A program made the translations under genes and the position numbers. The notes under the pieces are model-generated. The model saw only the letters and a program-made list of their open reading frames with translations. It was not told where the DNA came from and did no database searches. Below are positions 17,160 to 27,336 of a DNA stretch of 64,000 nt, piece after piece (position 1 is the first letter of the stretch; each line of letters begins with the position of its first letter). The DNA lies in NCBI GenBank assembly GCA_947085195.1, contig CAMTVM010000005.1:39190-103189 (forward strand), read 5' to 3'. The DNA comes from an uncultured Chloroflexota bacterium (GTDB lineage Bacteria; Chloroflexota; Limnocylindria; Limnocylindrales; CSP1-4).

Positions 17160-19700
17160 CTACAGCAGGCTTTCGGGGTCCACGTCCACGCTCCACGGCG
17201 ACCCCGGGGCCGGGTCCAGGAGGCGAACGGGATCGGGTCCGCGCAGGAGCACGTGGTACCGCCAGCGTTCAGCCCGGCGGGCAACGTACGCCGGAGCCGG
17301 ACCTGCCACCACGACCGGCAGCGCCAGCTCGGCGGCGCGGGCGCGGAGCCGGCCGGCCATCGCCACCGCCTCCCGCTCGGCAGCCGCGCGGTCCTCAAGG
17401 CCTACGGTGAGCTTGACCAGTCGGCCGAAGGGCGGCGAGCCGAAGCGTTCGCGCAGGGCGAGCTCCTCGTCGTAGAACGCCGCTGCATCGCCCTCCACCA
17501 CCGCCCGGATCGCCCGGTGCTCCGGCCGGTACGTCTGGACGAAGGCGATGCCGGGGCGATCCCCGCGCCCCGCTCGCCCCACGGCCTGCGCCAGCAGTTG
17601 GTATGTCCGCTCGGAGGCACGCTCGTCGGGGAGGTTCAGCGCGATGTCCGCCGAGACGACACCGACCAGCGTCACCTCCGGGATGTCGAGGCCCTTGGCA
17701 ACGAGGCTCGTCCCCACCAGCACGTCCAGGCGCCCGGAAGTGAAGTCGTCCAGGACGCGATCCGCGGCCCCCTTGCGTTCGACCACGTCCCGGTCCAGGC
17801 GAGCGATGCGCAGGCGCGGGAAGCGGCCACGGAGCTCCCGCTCCACGCGCTCGGTCCCGCCGCCCAGGTAGCGGATCCGGGGCGATGCACACGCTGGACA
17901 CCGCGACGCCAGCGGCCAGGCGCGGCCGCAGTGGTGGCAGCGCAGCGTGGCGCCGGCCTGGTGGTAGACGAGCGGCCGGTCGCAGTCCGGGCAGGCCTGG
18001 ACGTGGCCGCAGTCGCGGCACACGACGACCGACGCCGTCCCGCGCCGGTTGATGACAAGGATCGCCCGGTCGCCGGCCGCCACGTCGAGCTCTCCGATGG
18101 CGCCCGCGAGCGCGTCCGACAGCAGTCCGCGGTTCCCCGCCGCCAGCTCCGCCCGCAGGTCCACGGCCGTCACCCGGGGCTCCGTCCCCGACGGACGCAC
18201 GGGCAGCACCGCGCGCCGGTACCTGCCGGCGCGGGCGTGACCCACCGTCTCCACCGACGGCGTGGCGCTCCCGAGCACGACCGCCGCCCCGGCCAGCGCG
18301 CCGAGCACGAGCGCCACGTCGCGAGCCTGGAACCGGGGCGTCCGGTCGCTCTTGTACGCCGCGTCGTGCTCCTCGTCCACGACCACCAGGCCGACATCGG
18401 CCAGGGGCGAGAGCAGCGCCGTCCGCGTCCCCACGACGAGGTCCACGTCACCGGCCCGGATCCGCCGCCACTCGTCGGCTCGCTCCCCTTCCCCGAGGCC
18501 CGAGTGCATGATCGCGATCCGGACGGCTAGCTCGGACCGCAGCCGGTCCACGATGGGCGTGGCGAGGGCGATCTCCGGGACGAGCAGGAGCGCCGGCCGG
18601 CCGGTGGCGAGCGACGCCGTGATCGCCTCCACGTAGATGGCGGTCTTGCCGCCGCCCGTGACGCCGTCGAGGAGGATGGGCGTGGCGTCCCGGACCTCGA
18701 CCGCGTGCCGCACCAGCCGGAGCGCTTCCTCCTGCTCTCCGGTCAGCGTTGAACCGGCCGGCCGGGCGCCGCGGGGTCCGACGGGCCGGCCGGCGAGGGG
18801 CCGGCGGGGCCGCTCGTGGACTTCGGTCCGGACCAGGCCACGGCGCACCAGGCCGGCGATCGCCGCCGCGCCATGGTGCTCGGCGAGAGCGGCGGCCGCG
18901 ATTCCCTCGGGCGCCGTCGCGTCCGTGGTTGCGGCCGTGTCCGCAGCCAGTTCGGCCAGCTCGGCCAGCGCTGCCCGCTGTCGTGGCCCCAGCGGCCGGC
19001 CGACGGGCCGCTCTCCCGCGGCCAGTATCGCCGTCACCGCCGAACCAGTCTCCGTCAGCCATAGCCGCCGCTCGTAGCGTGGTCCGACCGCGGCGCCGAG
19101 GAGCGTCCACGTGAGCTCCACCAGCCCCTCAACCTCGAGCGCCCGGAGGCGGCGCAGCAGGCCTGCCCGGCCCTCGGGCGCCCCCAGGTCCCGCACCAGC
19201 CGAGGGCGCCCCGCTAGCTGGTCGAGGAGATCCAGCTCCACCGGCGGCAGCCCGGACTCCACCAGGCCGAGGCGTGCCTCCCCCTCCGGGGCAACCTCGG
19301 CGACGAGCTCCAGCCGCTCCAGGAGGCCGGGCGGCAGCATCGCCCGGATGACCAACGCCAGCGGCGCGAGGTAGTGCTCCGCGATCCGCGCGGCCAGCCT
19401 CAGCGACAGCGGCGGCAGCAGGGGCCCGTCGCTGCGGATCCGGGCGGCCACGGGCCGGATCTCGCCGCGTTCCGGAGCCGTCCCGGGACCCAGGATGATC
19501 CCCAGCGCCTGACGGGCGCCACGCTCGCCACGGCCGAACGGGACGAGGACAGCCTCGCCGGGCTCCAGTGGCGCGAGCTCCTCCGGCACGACATAGGTGT
19601 ACGTGCGGAGCCCCGGGCCGGCGGGCGCGTCCACCGCCACCTCGACCAGCACCCGTTCGTTCGACGGCGTCCCCGGGTCGAGATCGCGCAGGGGCGGCAC
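17160..19700 (-). CDS. priA: Primosomal protein N' (replication restart helicase PriA)
   Basis: DGVTGGGKT, VVDEEHD, the Cys-rich zinc region (CRDCGHVQACPDCDRPLVYH...CHHCG) and KGLDIPEVTLVGVV. Start set at GTG 19700, just after the gmk stop; the longer track ORF overlaps gmk. Confidence 0.92.
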   Translation of the reverse strand: MPPLRDLDPGTPSNERVLVEVAVDAPAGPGLRTYTYVVPEELAPLEPGEAVLVPFGRGERGARQALGIILGPGTAPERGEIRPVAARIRSDGPLLPPLSLRLAARIAEHYLAPLALVIRAMLPPGLLERLELVAEVAPEGEARLGLVESGLPPVELDLLDQLAGRPRLVRDLGAPEGRAGLLRRLRALEVEGLVELTWTLLGAAVGPRYERRLWLTETGSAVTAILAAGERPVGRPLGPRQRAALAELAELAADTAATTDATAPEGIAAAALAEHHGAAAIAGLVRRGLVRTEVHERPRRPLAGRPVGPRGARPAGSTLTGEQEEALRLVRHAVEVRDATPILLDGVTGGGKTAIYVEAITASLATGRPALLLVPEIALATPIVDRLRSELAVRIAIMHSGLGEGERADEWRRIRAGDVDLVVGTRTALLSPLADVGLVVVDEEHDAAYKSDRTPRFQARDVALVLGALAGAAVVLGSATPSVETVGHARAGRYRRAVLPVRPSGTEPRVTAVDLRAELAAGNRGLLSDALAGAIGELDVAAGDRAILVINRRGTASVVVCRDCGHVQACPDCDRPLVYHQAGATLRCHHCGRAWPLASRCPACASPRIRYLGGGTERVERELRGRFPRLRIARLDRDVVERKGAADRVLDDFTSGRLDVLVGTSLVAKGLDIPEVTLVGVVSADIALNLPDERASERTYQLLAQAVGRAGRGDRPGIAFVQTYRPEHRAIRAVVEGDAAAFYDEELALRERFGSPPFGRLVKLTVGLEDRAAAEREAVAMAGRLRARAAELALPVVVAGPAPAYVARRAERWRYHVLLRGPDPVRLLDPAPGSPWSVDVDPESLL

Positions 19701-19704
19701 GGCG

Positions 19705-20334
19705 TCAGGAGATGCGGATCCTGCGGTCGCCGTGGCGCCGCTTCTCCTGCTCGATGATCGCCTCGATCTCCGCCGCGGTGCGCGGGATCTCACCCGTCTC
19801 GTTGACGACGACCCGGTCGTAGTCGCCCTGGCGTGCCAGCTCGATCGCCGCGTTGCGCTGACGGATCTCCAGTTCGTCGGCCGTCTCGGTGGCCCGGGAG
19901 CGGAGGCGCTGGAAGAGCGCCTCGAGCGACGGTGGGACGATGAACACGAGCAGGGCCTCCGGCACGCGCTGCTTGACGACGCTGGCGCCTTGGACGTCGA
20001 TCTTGAGGATCACGTCGTGGCCCTCCGCCAGCGCCTCCGCGACCTCGCGCCGGGGCGTCCCGTACCAGTTGCCGTGAACCTCGCTGGCCTCCAGGAGCTC
20101 CCCCGTCACGCGGAGGGCGTGGAAGGCTTCAGGCGCGAGGAACCGGTAAGAGCGACCCGGGACCTCGCCCGGCCTCGGCCCGCGCGTGGTGCAGGTCACG
20201 ACGTAGTGGTAGTCGGGCTCGCGCGGCCGTGCCGCCAGCGCTTCGATGATCGTGTCCTTCCCGACCCCGGACGGCCCGCTGATGATCACCAGGAGCGCCC
20301 CGGGTGCGCCCTGCAGCACCTCCGACTCCGTCAC
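19705..20334 (-). CDS. gmk: Guanylate kinase
   Basis: ISGPSGVGKDT P-loop, TTR.PR.GE and YGT motifs. Confidence 0.95.
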   Translation of the reverse strand: MTESEVLQGAPGALLVIISGPSGVGKDTIIEALAARPREPDYHYVVTCTTRGPRPGEVPGRSYRFLAPEAFHALRVTGELLEASEVHGNWYGTPRREVAEALAEGHDVILKIDVQGASVVKQRVPEALLVFIVPPSLEALFQRLRSRATETADELEIRQRNAAIELARQGDYDRVVVNETGEIPRTAAEIEAIIEQEKRRHGDRRIRIS

Positions 20335-21410
20335 GATCTCCCTCCTGCGGGGCGCCGCCCGGCCGAGGCCTCGCCCGCTCGCAGCCCCTCGAGCACCGCT
20401 TCGAGCGATGGTGGCAGCGGCGCCTCCACCCGTACCAGCCTGGCCGACGAGGGCGACACCAGCTCAAGGCGCCACGCATGCAGGAACAGCCGGTCAAGTC
20501 CGTCCGGGCCCTTGCGCGCCGTCCCCGTACCGTACACGGCATCGCCGGCAACGGAGTGCCCGAGCGCCGCCAGGTGGACGCGGATCTGGTGCGTGCGACC
20601 GGTCACGAGGTCCAGCTCCAGGAGCGTCCAGGCGGCGAACCGTTCCCTGACGCGGTAGCCAGTGATGGAGGGGCGCCCGTCCTGCACCACGGCCATGCGC
20701 TTCCGGTCCTTGGGATCGCGGCCGATGCTGGCCTCGATCCGCCCGACGGCGGCAGACACGGAGCCCTGTACCAGCGCGAGGTAGGTCTTGCGGACGCGGC
20801 GCGCCTTGAGCTGGGCCATGACCCCCGCCTGGGCGGCATCGTTGCGGGCGACGATCAGGAGCCCGGACGTGTCCCGGTCCAGGCGGTGGACGATGCCCGG
20901 ACGCGCGACCCCGGCGATCCCGCCGTAGTGGTCCCCGCGGGCCAGGAGCCCATTCACGAGCGTCCCGCGCCAGTGCCCGGGCGCCGGGTGAACGACGAGG
21001 CCCGACGGCTTGTCGACGATCAGCAGGTCGTCGTCCTCGTAGACGACGTGGACCTCGATCGTCGGGTCGGGCTCCAGGTGGTGCGGGATCTCCGGGGGCG
21101 GTACATCGAGCGTCACCCCGCCGCCGCGAACCTCGGAGTTGGCACGCAGACGGCGGCCGGCGTCGTCCACCAGGCGCCCGTCCGAGATGAGCTTCTGGAC
21201 ATAGGAGCGCGAGAGCCCGGTCCGGTCCGCGACGAACCGGTCCACGCGGCGGATGACCTCGCCCTCCGGCACCAGCAGGCGACGCGGGCCGGGCGTGACG
21301 GATGGGGCGGGCGTCACCGGGGGAGGCAACCCGTCGAAGTCGTCATCGGCGTCGAGCTCCCCGTCCTCGATCCCGGGGTCCAGGGCAACGAGCTCCTCGT
21401 CGTCCGTCAC
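20331..21410 (-). CDS. rluD: RluA-family 23S rRNA pseudouridine synthase (RluD-like)
   Basis: S4 domain (RVDRFVADRTGLSRSYVQKLI) and catalytic HRLDRDTSGLL. GTG 21410 in a GTGA overlap with the lspA stop. Confidence 0.9.
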   Translation of the reverse strand: MTDDEELVALDPGIEDGELDADDDFDGLPPPVTPAPSVTPGPRRLLVPEGEVIRRVDRFVADRTGLSRSYVQKLISDGRLVDDAGRRLRANSEVRGGGVTLDVPPPEIPHHLEPDPTIEVHVVYEDDDLLIVDKPSGLVVHPAPGHWRGTLVNGLLARGDHYGGIAGVARPGIVHRLDRDTSGLLIVARNDAAQAGVMAQLKARRVRKTYLALVQGSVSAAVGRIEASIGRDPKDRKRMAVVQDGRPSITGYRVRERFAAWTLLELDLVTGRTHQIRVHLAALGHSVAGDAVYGTGTARKGPDGLDRLFLHAWRLELVSPSSARLVRVEAPLPPSLEAVLEGLRAGEASAGRRPAGGRS

Positions 21411-21991
21411 TCGGCGGCCCAGTCGGCGAACCGCGGGAACACCGCCAGCAGCAGGAGCAGGACGATCGCGGTCGAGATGCTCGCATCGGCGACGTTGTAG
21501 GTGTAGAACCGCCACTCGCCGATGCCCATGTCCACGAAGTCCACCACCGCCCCGTAGCGGAGGCGATCCACCAGGTTGCCGATGGCGCCGCCCAGGAGCA
21601 ACCCGAGGGCGACCGTGATGACGAGGCCGCGGCGTGCCTTCGCGTGATAGAGGACGATCAGGACGATCACCACCATCGACACCACCGCGAACGCGGGTGC
21701 CGACTGCGGCAGCATGCCGAACAGGATCCCGGAGTTGCGCCAGTGGACGATCCGGAGCCAGGTCCCCAGCACCTCGAAGGCTTCGCCGATGTCCAGGTTG
21801 CCGGTGACCCAGGCCTTGGTCAGCTGGTCGACGACGAGCACACCGATCGCGAGCCCGCCGAAAAGGACCCAGCGCCGCGCGGATGGCCGGTGGCGGCCGG
21901 TCTCGGGGCCGGAGGTTGCGCCATCGTCGATCTCGTCGTCGATCTCGTCGTCGAACTCGTCGTCGCGCAGGCTCCGGGCAGGGGTCGTCAT
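21407..21991 (-). CDS. lspA: Lipoprotein signal peptidase (signal peptidase II)
   Basis: DQLTK...NSG..FG...GGAIGNLVDR...VVDF motifs. ATG 21991 in an ATGA overlap with the ileS stop. Confidence 0.9.
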   Translation of the reverse strand: MTTPARSLRDDEFDDEIDDEIDDGATSGPETGRHRPSARRWVLFGGLAIGVLVVDQLTKAWVTGNLDIGEAFEVLGTWLRIVHWRNSGILFGMLPQSAPAFAVVSMVVIVLIVLYHAKARRGLVITVALGLLLGGAIGNLVDRLRYGAVVDFVDMGIGEWRFYTYNVADASISTAIVLLLLLAVFPRFADWAAE

Positions 21992-24900
21992 CGGGTAGCG
22001 ACCGCGTCGCCGGCACGGCGGAGCGCGATCCGCGCCTCGCCGGCCTCGAGCTTCACGACCGCCACCATTCCGTCCTCCGGGGGCGCGTCGCGACGGATCT
22101 CGTCTGCCAGCGTGTCGGCGGCCAAGGCGCCGAGATGGACCTCCACCTCCGCGGCCAGACCATCGATCCACAGGACGATCCGGTCGTCGAGGTCCAGCTC
22201 CGCCTCCTTGCGCAGGTCCTGCACCGCTCGCTGCAGCTCGCGGGCGTCCCCCTCGGCACGGAGCTCCGGCGTGATCGTCGTGTCGATGACGGCCACCAGG
22301 CCGTCATCGTGGGCGACGGCGGTGCCGGGCCGCGGGATGGCCTGGATCTCGACCTCGTCGGGAGCGAGCGTCTCCCCGGCGAGCGTGACGGATCCATCCT
22401 CGTGCAACTCGAACCGGCCCTCGCGGGCGGCGGCGATCACCTCCGGGATCCGGGCACCCAGCCGCCTCCCGACGCGCGGCAGCAGCACCTTGACACGTCG
22501 GTCCACGAGCTCCGATTCGTCGCCGATGAGCTCCACGACCTTGACGTTGGCCTCGACGCGGACCAGATCAAGCAGCGCGTCCATCTCTCCGCGGCGCCGG
22601 CCCGGAAGGGCCAGCCACAGGCGTGCGAGCGGCTGGCGGACCTTGAGACCCGCCCCTCCACGGAGTGTCCGCGACAGGTCCACGGCCCGCCGGGCAACCG
22701 CCATGGCCTCCTCGAGCGCCTCGTCCCGCAGCGGCGCGAGCGCGGGTGCGGGCCAGGGCGTCAGGTGCACGCTGTCCGGCGCCTCCAAATCGAGATCCGC
22801 CACGAGGTTGCGGTAGATCGAGTCAGACAGGAACGGCAGGATCGGTGCAACCGCCCGGGCCAGGGCGACGAGCGCCTCGTGGAGCGTGGCGAAGGCCGCG
22901 TCCCGGTCCGCGCCCGTGCCACGCGACATGCGGCGGCGCGACAGGCGCAGGTACCAGGTGGAGAGGTCGTCGATGTACGTGCCCAGCACTCGTGTCGCGG
23001 CCTCGGCGTCGAAGTTACGCAGGTGGTCCTCGACCGCCGCGGAGACCCCGGCGCCCCGTGACAGGATCCAGCGATCGAGCGGCGGGCGTTCGGAGACCGG
23101 CGGGCCTCCCGCCGCCGTCGTCCAGCCGGCCAGGTTCGCGTTCGTCACGAAGAACCGGTACACGTTCCACAGCACCAGCAACCCGCGCCGCGCCTCGTCC
23201 GCGGCGTGCCAGCCGAACAGGATGTTGTCATCGGGCCGGGCCGACGCGTACATCCAGCGCATGACGTCCACGCCCATGCGCTCGGCCGCCTCGTCGAACT
23301 CGATGGCGTTGCCCCAGCTCTTGTGCATGGGACGGCCGTCCTCGCCGAACAGCGTCGCGTAGCCGAAGATCGTCCGGAACGGCTCCTCGCGGCGCAGCAC
23401 CGTGCTCATCGCGAGCATCGCGTAGAACCAGTTCCGGAACTGGCCGGGGAAGCTCTCGGTGATGAAGTCGGCCGGGAACCACTTCGCCCAGTACTCCGGA
23501 TCCTCGCGGAAGTGGAGCGTCGAGTACGGCACGATGCCGGCGTCGAGCCACGGGTTGCCGACGTCCGCGATCCGGGCAACGGGTTCCCCGCAGGACGGGC
23601 AGGCGATCTTCACCGCGTCCACGTATGGCCGGTGCGGCGTGTGACCCTCGAACGCGTCCCAGCCCTCGATCGCGCGCTCCTGCAGCTCCGTGCGACCGCC
23701 GATGACGTCGAACGCCCCGCAGGCGCCGCAGTCGTAGATCGGCAGTGCCAGGCCGTAGTAGCGCTTCTTGGAGATCATCCAGTCGCGCATGTTGAGGAGC
23801 CAGTCCAGCTCTCGCTCGTACCCGAAGGCCGGGATCCACCGGATCCGGTCCACGACCTCCATGATCTGGTACCGGAGGCTCGCGTCGATCTCGTCCCTCG
23901 TCAGCAGGGCCCGCGGCCGGTCGTAGACCTTGCCCATGCTGATGTACCACTCGTCCACGAGCCGGAACAGCAGCGGCGTGCTGCACCGCCAGCAATGCGG
24001 GTAGCGGTGGCTGTACGGCTCCAGGTGGTAGAAGAAGTGCCGCTGCTCGAGGTCGTCGATGATCGCCTCGGTGACCGCCGGGGCCTCCCGGCCGGCGAGC
24101 CAGCCAAACGTCGGGTAGTACCGGCCTCCCTCGTCGATGGGACCGATGACCGGCAGCCCGATCGCCGCGCCCAGCTCGAAGTCCTCCGAGCCGCAGCCAG
24201 GTGCGATATGGACGATGCCGGTCCCCTCCTCCTCGCCGACTTCGGCCCACGTCACCACGCGGTGCTCGTAGCCCGCCTCGGCGAAGGCGTCACGGACGAC
24301 GGGCAGCTCGTCGAACGGCCCGGTGTACCGCCATCCCGCCAGTTCCGACCCGGCCCGCTCCTCCACCACCTGGAACGGGCCCCGCAGCGCCTGCTGGAGC
24401 GCGCCCTTGCCAACCCAGAAGTGGTCGGCACCCTGGCGCACCCTGACATAGCGCAGGTCGGGCCCCACCGCTGCGGCGACGTTGGCCGCCAGCGTCCAGG
24501 GCGTCGTCGTCCAGACCAGGAGCGATTCGCCCGGCCGGTCGACCAGCGGGAGCCGGATGGTCAGCCCGGGATCCTCGCGGTCCTGGTAGCCCTCGTTCAT
24601 CTCCATCTGGGACAGGCCCGTGCCACAGCGCGGGCACCACGGCATCGTGTCGTGGCCGCGATAGACCCAGCCTCGCCGGTGGCACTCCGCGAGGAAGCCC
24701 CAGATCAGGTCGTTGTTCTCGTTGCTGAACGTGAAGTAGCTGCCCCCGAGCTCCGGCATCCCGAGCCGCCCGACGATCATCTCGACCGTGTCGGTCACCG
24801 GGCCGTCCGGACCGTCCAGGGTGATCACCTGGGTCGGGTCCGCCTTCAGCAGATCCCGCAGGCGCCGCAGTTCCTGCGGGTCGTTCCAGTCCATCCAGTA

Positions 24901-25317
24901 GCCAAGGCGGATGCTCTGCTCCGTCTGGCGGGCGGCGAACGTCAGCACGCGCTGCTTGCACAGTGCGACGAACTCCCCGATCCCGAAGGCCTCGATGTCG
25001 CGCTTCGACGTGAAGCCCAGGTCCTTCTCCACGTTGACCTCGACCCACAGACCCTGGCAGTCGAAACCGTTCTGGTAGCGCTGGTCCTCGCCGAGCATCG
25101 CGTGGAACCGCTGGAAGAGATCCTTGTACGTGCGGCCCCAAGCGTGGTGGACGCCCATCGGGTTGTTCGCGGTGATCGGACCGTCGAGGAAGCTCCAGCG
25201 CGGACCGGCGGCGTTCTGGGCCCGGAGACGTGCGAACGTCCGGCGCTCGGCCCAGTCGCGAAGCAGGGCGTGCTCCTGGGCGACGAAGTCGGGTCGGGCG
25301 GAGACGGGTTGGAACAT
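21988..25317 (-). CDS. ileS: Isoleucine--tRNA ligase
   Basis: 1109 aa with the HIGH-type motif (NNPMGVHHAWG), KMSKS-like HKSWGN and an editing domain. Confidence 0.96.
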   Translation of the reverse strand: MFQPVSARPDFVAQEHALLRDWAERRTFARLRAQNAAGPRWSFLDGPITANNPMGVHHAWGRTYKDLFQRFHAMLGEDQRYQNGFDCQGLWVEVNVEKDLGFTSKRDIEAFGIGEFVALCKQRVLTFAARQTEQSIRLGYWMDWNDPQELRRLRDLLKADPTQVITLDGPDGPVTDTVEMIVGRLGMPELGGSYFTFSNENNDLIWGFLAECHRRGWVYRGHDTMPWCPRCGTGLSQMEMNEGYQDREDPGLTIRLPLVDRPGESLLVWTTTPWTLAANVAAAVGPDLRYVRVRQGADHFWVGKGALQQALRGPFQVVEERAGSELAGWRYTGPFDELPVVRDAFAEAGYEHRVVTWAEVGEEEGTGIVHIAPGCGSEDFELGAAIGLPVIGPIDEGGRYYPTFGWLAGREAPAVTEAIIDDLEQRHFFYHLEPYSHRYPHCWRCSTPLLFRLVDEWYISMGKVYDRPRALLTRDEIDASLRYQIMEVVDRIRWIPAFGYERELDWLLNMRDWMISKKRYYGLALPIYDCGACGAFDVIGGRTELQERAIEGWDAFEGHTPHRPYVDAVKIACPSCGEPVARIADVGNPWLDAGIVPYSTLHFREDPEYWAKWFPADFITESFPGQFRNWFYAMLAMSTVLRREEPFRTIFGYATLFGEDGRPMHKSWGNAIEFDEAAERMGVDVMRWMYASARPDDNILFGWHAADEARRGLLVLWNVYRFFVTNANLAGWTTAAGGPPVSERPPLDRWILSRGAGVSAAVEDHLRNFDAEAATRVLGTYIDDLSTWYLRLSRRRMSRGTGADRDAAFATLHEALVALARAVAPILPFLSDSIYRNLVADLDLEAPDSVHLTPWPAPALAPLRDEALEEAMAVARRAVDLSRTLRGGAGLKVRQPLARLWLALPGRRRGEMDALLDLVRVEANVKVVELIGDESELVDRRVKVLLPRVGRRLGARIPEVIAAAREGRFELHEDGSVTLAGETLAPDEVEIQAIPRPGTAVAHDDGLVAVIDTTITPELRAEGDARELQRAVQDLRKEAELDLDDRIVLWIDGLAAEVEVHLGALAADTLADEIRRDAPPEDGMVAVVKLEAGEARIALRRAGDAVATR

Positions 25318-25475
25318 CGGGCCTCGGTGGATCGCCGGACGCGAGGGCAGAGCCGGACGCGGCGGGGCACCAGTCTACGGAACGACGGGCAGTCGCGCGC
25401 CCGGGAGTCCAGGAGGGGTCGGGTGGAGGGACGGCCGAGGACCGCAGATCGCGCCTCGGCGTATCATTCCGCCCG

Positions 25476-27296
25476 ATGTCGACACCCCAGCAGGCCCCGC
25501 GCGCGCGTTCCGCGTTCGCGGCCGCGTTCCTGTCCCTGGTCTTCCCGGGCCTCGGACACGCCTACGCCGGTGCCTGGTCGCGCGCCCTGGCCTTCGCGGC
25601 ATTGCCGGTCCTCACCCTGGCGCTGCTGGCGGGAATCGTGCTGCGCGCCGAGAGGGCGGACCTGCTCGCCTTCGTCATCGGCCAGCCGTTCCTGATCGGG
25701 CTGTTCGTGTTCAACGTGATCGCGCTGCTCTACCGGATCGTCGCGGCGGTCGACGCGTGGCAGGTCGCCCGCTTCCTCAACTCCGGCGATGCGTCCGGGG
25801 GCGGCCGCCTGGGTCGGGTGCGGCTCCCGCTCAGCCCGCTCTCCGTCGCCGGCCTTCTGGCCGTCATCCTCGTGATGTCCGGCGGCCACTTCGCGGTCGC
25901 GCGCTACAACGTCCTCGCGCTCAACCTCGTGGACTGCCTCTTCTCCGAAGGCGACAACCCCAACTGCGAGCCGCCGGAGGCGTCGCAGGACCCCCGGCAA
26001 TCCCTCGACCCGCGGGATTCCGAACAGCCCGCTGGCTCCGGCAGCGTGCTGCCGGACCCGACACCGGAGGGCTCGGCGACCGCCGCAGCCCCCGCGCCCA
26101 CGCTGCCGCCCTGGGACGGGAAGGTGCGGCTGAACGTCCTGCTGGTGGGCAGCGACCAGCGCAAGGGTGAGTCCAGCTTCAACACCGACACGATGATCGT
26201 GGTCTCGGTCGACCCCGCGTCCCGCGAGGTCGCCATGTTCCAGGTGCCGCGCGACATGGTCGACGTTCCCGTGCCGGCAAACGCCCGCAGCGTGTGGGGC
26301 AGCGTCTACCGCGGCAAGATCAACACCTGGTTCACCCAGAACCGGAACCGCACCGATCTGTGGCCGGGCAAGACCGCCCAGGCCCGCGGGTTCGCGTCCC
26401 TCAAGGCGATCCTCGGCGAACTGTACGGGCTCGACATCCGCTACTACGTGATGGTCAACTTCGACGGCTTCGTCAAGGTCGTCGACACCCTCGGCGGGGT
26501 CCAGGTCAACGTGCAGATCCCGGTGGCGGAGAGCACCTACCCCCTCGGCTCGGGGTACGTCGGGCGGATCTACATCCCCGCAGGTCCCCAGCACATGACC
26601 GGAGCGCAGGCGCTGATCTACGCCCGCTCGCGCCACCGCGCCACGGACTTCGACCGTGGCCGGCGGCAGCAGCGCGTGCTCGTCTCGCTGCGGGACCAGA
26701 TGAGCGCCCAGGCGATCATCGCCAACCTGCCGGGCCTCGTCGACGCCCTCAAGGGCTCGGTGTCCACCGACGTCAAGACCAGGGACCTGTCCAAGCTGCT
26801 CGCGCTCGCCGATGGCGTGGACACGAAGAACATCCGCTCGTACGTGTTCGCGCCGAACTTCTACGCCACTGAATACCTGTCCTCGCCACGCGGCTACATC
26901 ATCACGCCCAACGTGGCCCGCATCCGCAAGGCGGTCAAGGAAGCCTTTCAGGTCACCCCCGAGGTCCTCGCCCTGCGTGAGCGTCTCGGCACGGAGGAGG
27001 CGCGCGTCTGGGTCCTCAACGGCTCTGGCCGCAACGGGCTCGCCGCCGCGGCCGCCGACTACTTCGCCCACAGCGGGGTCGAGGCGTCGGCGCCGAACCA
27101 GCGCGCGGACGTCATCGCGAAGACGTCGGTCGTCGTCTACAACGGCGCCGAGACATCGATGCCGGAGACGATCGCCTACCTCGAGGACGTCCTGGGGGTC
27201 AAGGTGACGACGGCGACGGACCCGAGGATCACGGTCGACGTCATCGTGATCCTCGGCAGGAACGCGCCGACACTCGAGGCGCCGGTCGTCGGCTGA
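25476..27296 (+). CDS. LytR-CpsA-Psr (LCP) family cell-envelope phosphotransferase with N-terminal membrane domain and LytR_C domain
   Basis: LLVGSDQR...NTDTMIVVSVD...YVMVNFDGF..VD.LGGV...ARSRH...DFDR..RQQ core. Start set at MSTPQQ (ATG 25476). Confidence 0.85.
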   Translation: MSTPQQAPRARSAFAAAFLSLVFPGLGHAYAGAWSRALAFAALPVLTLALLAGIVLRAERADLLAFVIGQPFLIGLFVFNVIALLYRIVAAVDAWQVARFLNSGDASGGGRLGRVRLPLSPLSVAGLLAVILVMSGGHFAVARYNVLALNLVDCLFSEGDNPNCEPPEASQDPRQSLDPRDSEQPAGSGSVLPDPTPEGSATAAAPAPTLPPWDGKVRLNVLLVGSDQRKGESSFNTDTMIVVSVDPASREVAMFQVPRDMVDVPVPANARSVWGSVYRGKINTWFTQNRNRTDLWPGKTAQARGFASLKAILGELYGLDIRYYVMVNFDGFVKVVDTLGGVQVNVQIPVAESTYPLGSGYVGRIYIPAGPQHMTGAQALIYARSRHRATDFDRGRRQQRVLVSLRDQMSAQAIIANLPGLVDALKGSVSTDVKTRDLSKLLALADGVDTKNIRSYVFAPNFYATEYLSSPRGYIITPNVARIRKAVKEAFQVTPEVLALRERLGTEEARVWVLNGSGRNGLAAAAADYFAHSGVEASAPNQRADVIAKTSVVVYNGAETSMPETIAYLEDVLGVKVTTATDPRITVDVIVILGRNAPTLEAPVVG

Positions 27297-27336
27297 GCGC
27301 GGCGGCGCGCTCGCGTGCCGCCGCCGTCCGGACCCG

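Noticed and set aside
25318-25475. A possible ileS T-box leader: a hairpin GCCGAGG-CGCGAUCUGCGGU-CCUCGGC with an AUC in the loop, and a UGGU-containing stretch AGACUGGUGCCCCGCCGCG before the SD
   Set aside because: The similarity to the T-box consensus (GGGUGGNACCGCG) is weak. The AUC sits in what folds as a 5-nt loop rather than a specifier loop. The candidate antiterminator helices are only about 3 bp each. I cannot support a T-box call without a covariance-model scan (Rfam RF00230), so I leave it as unproven.
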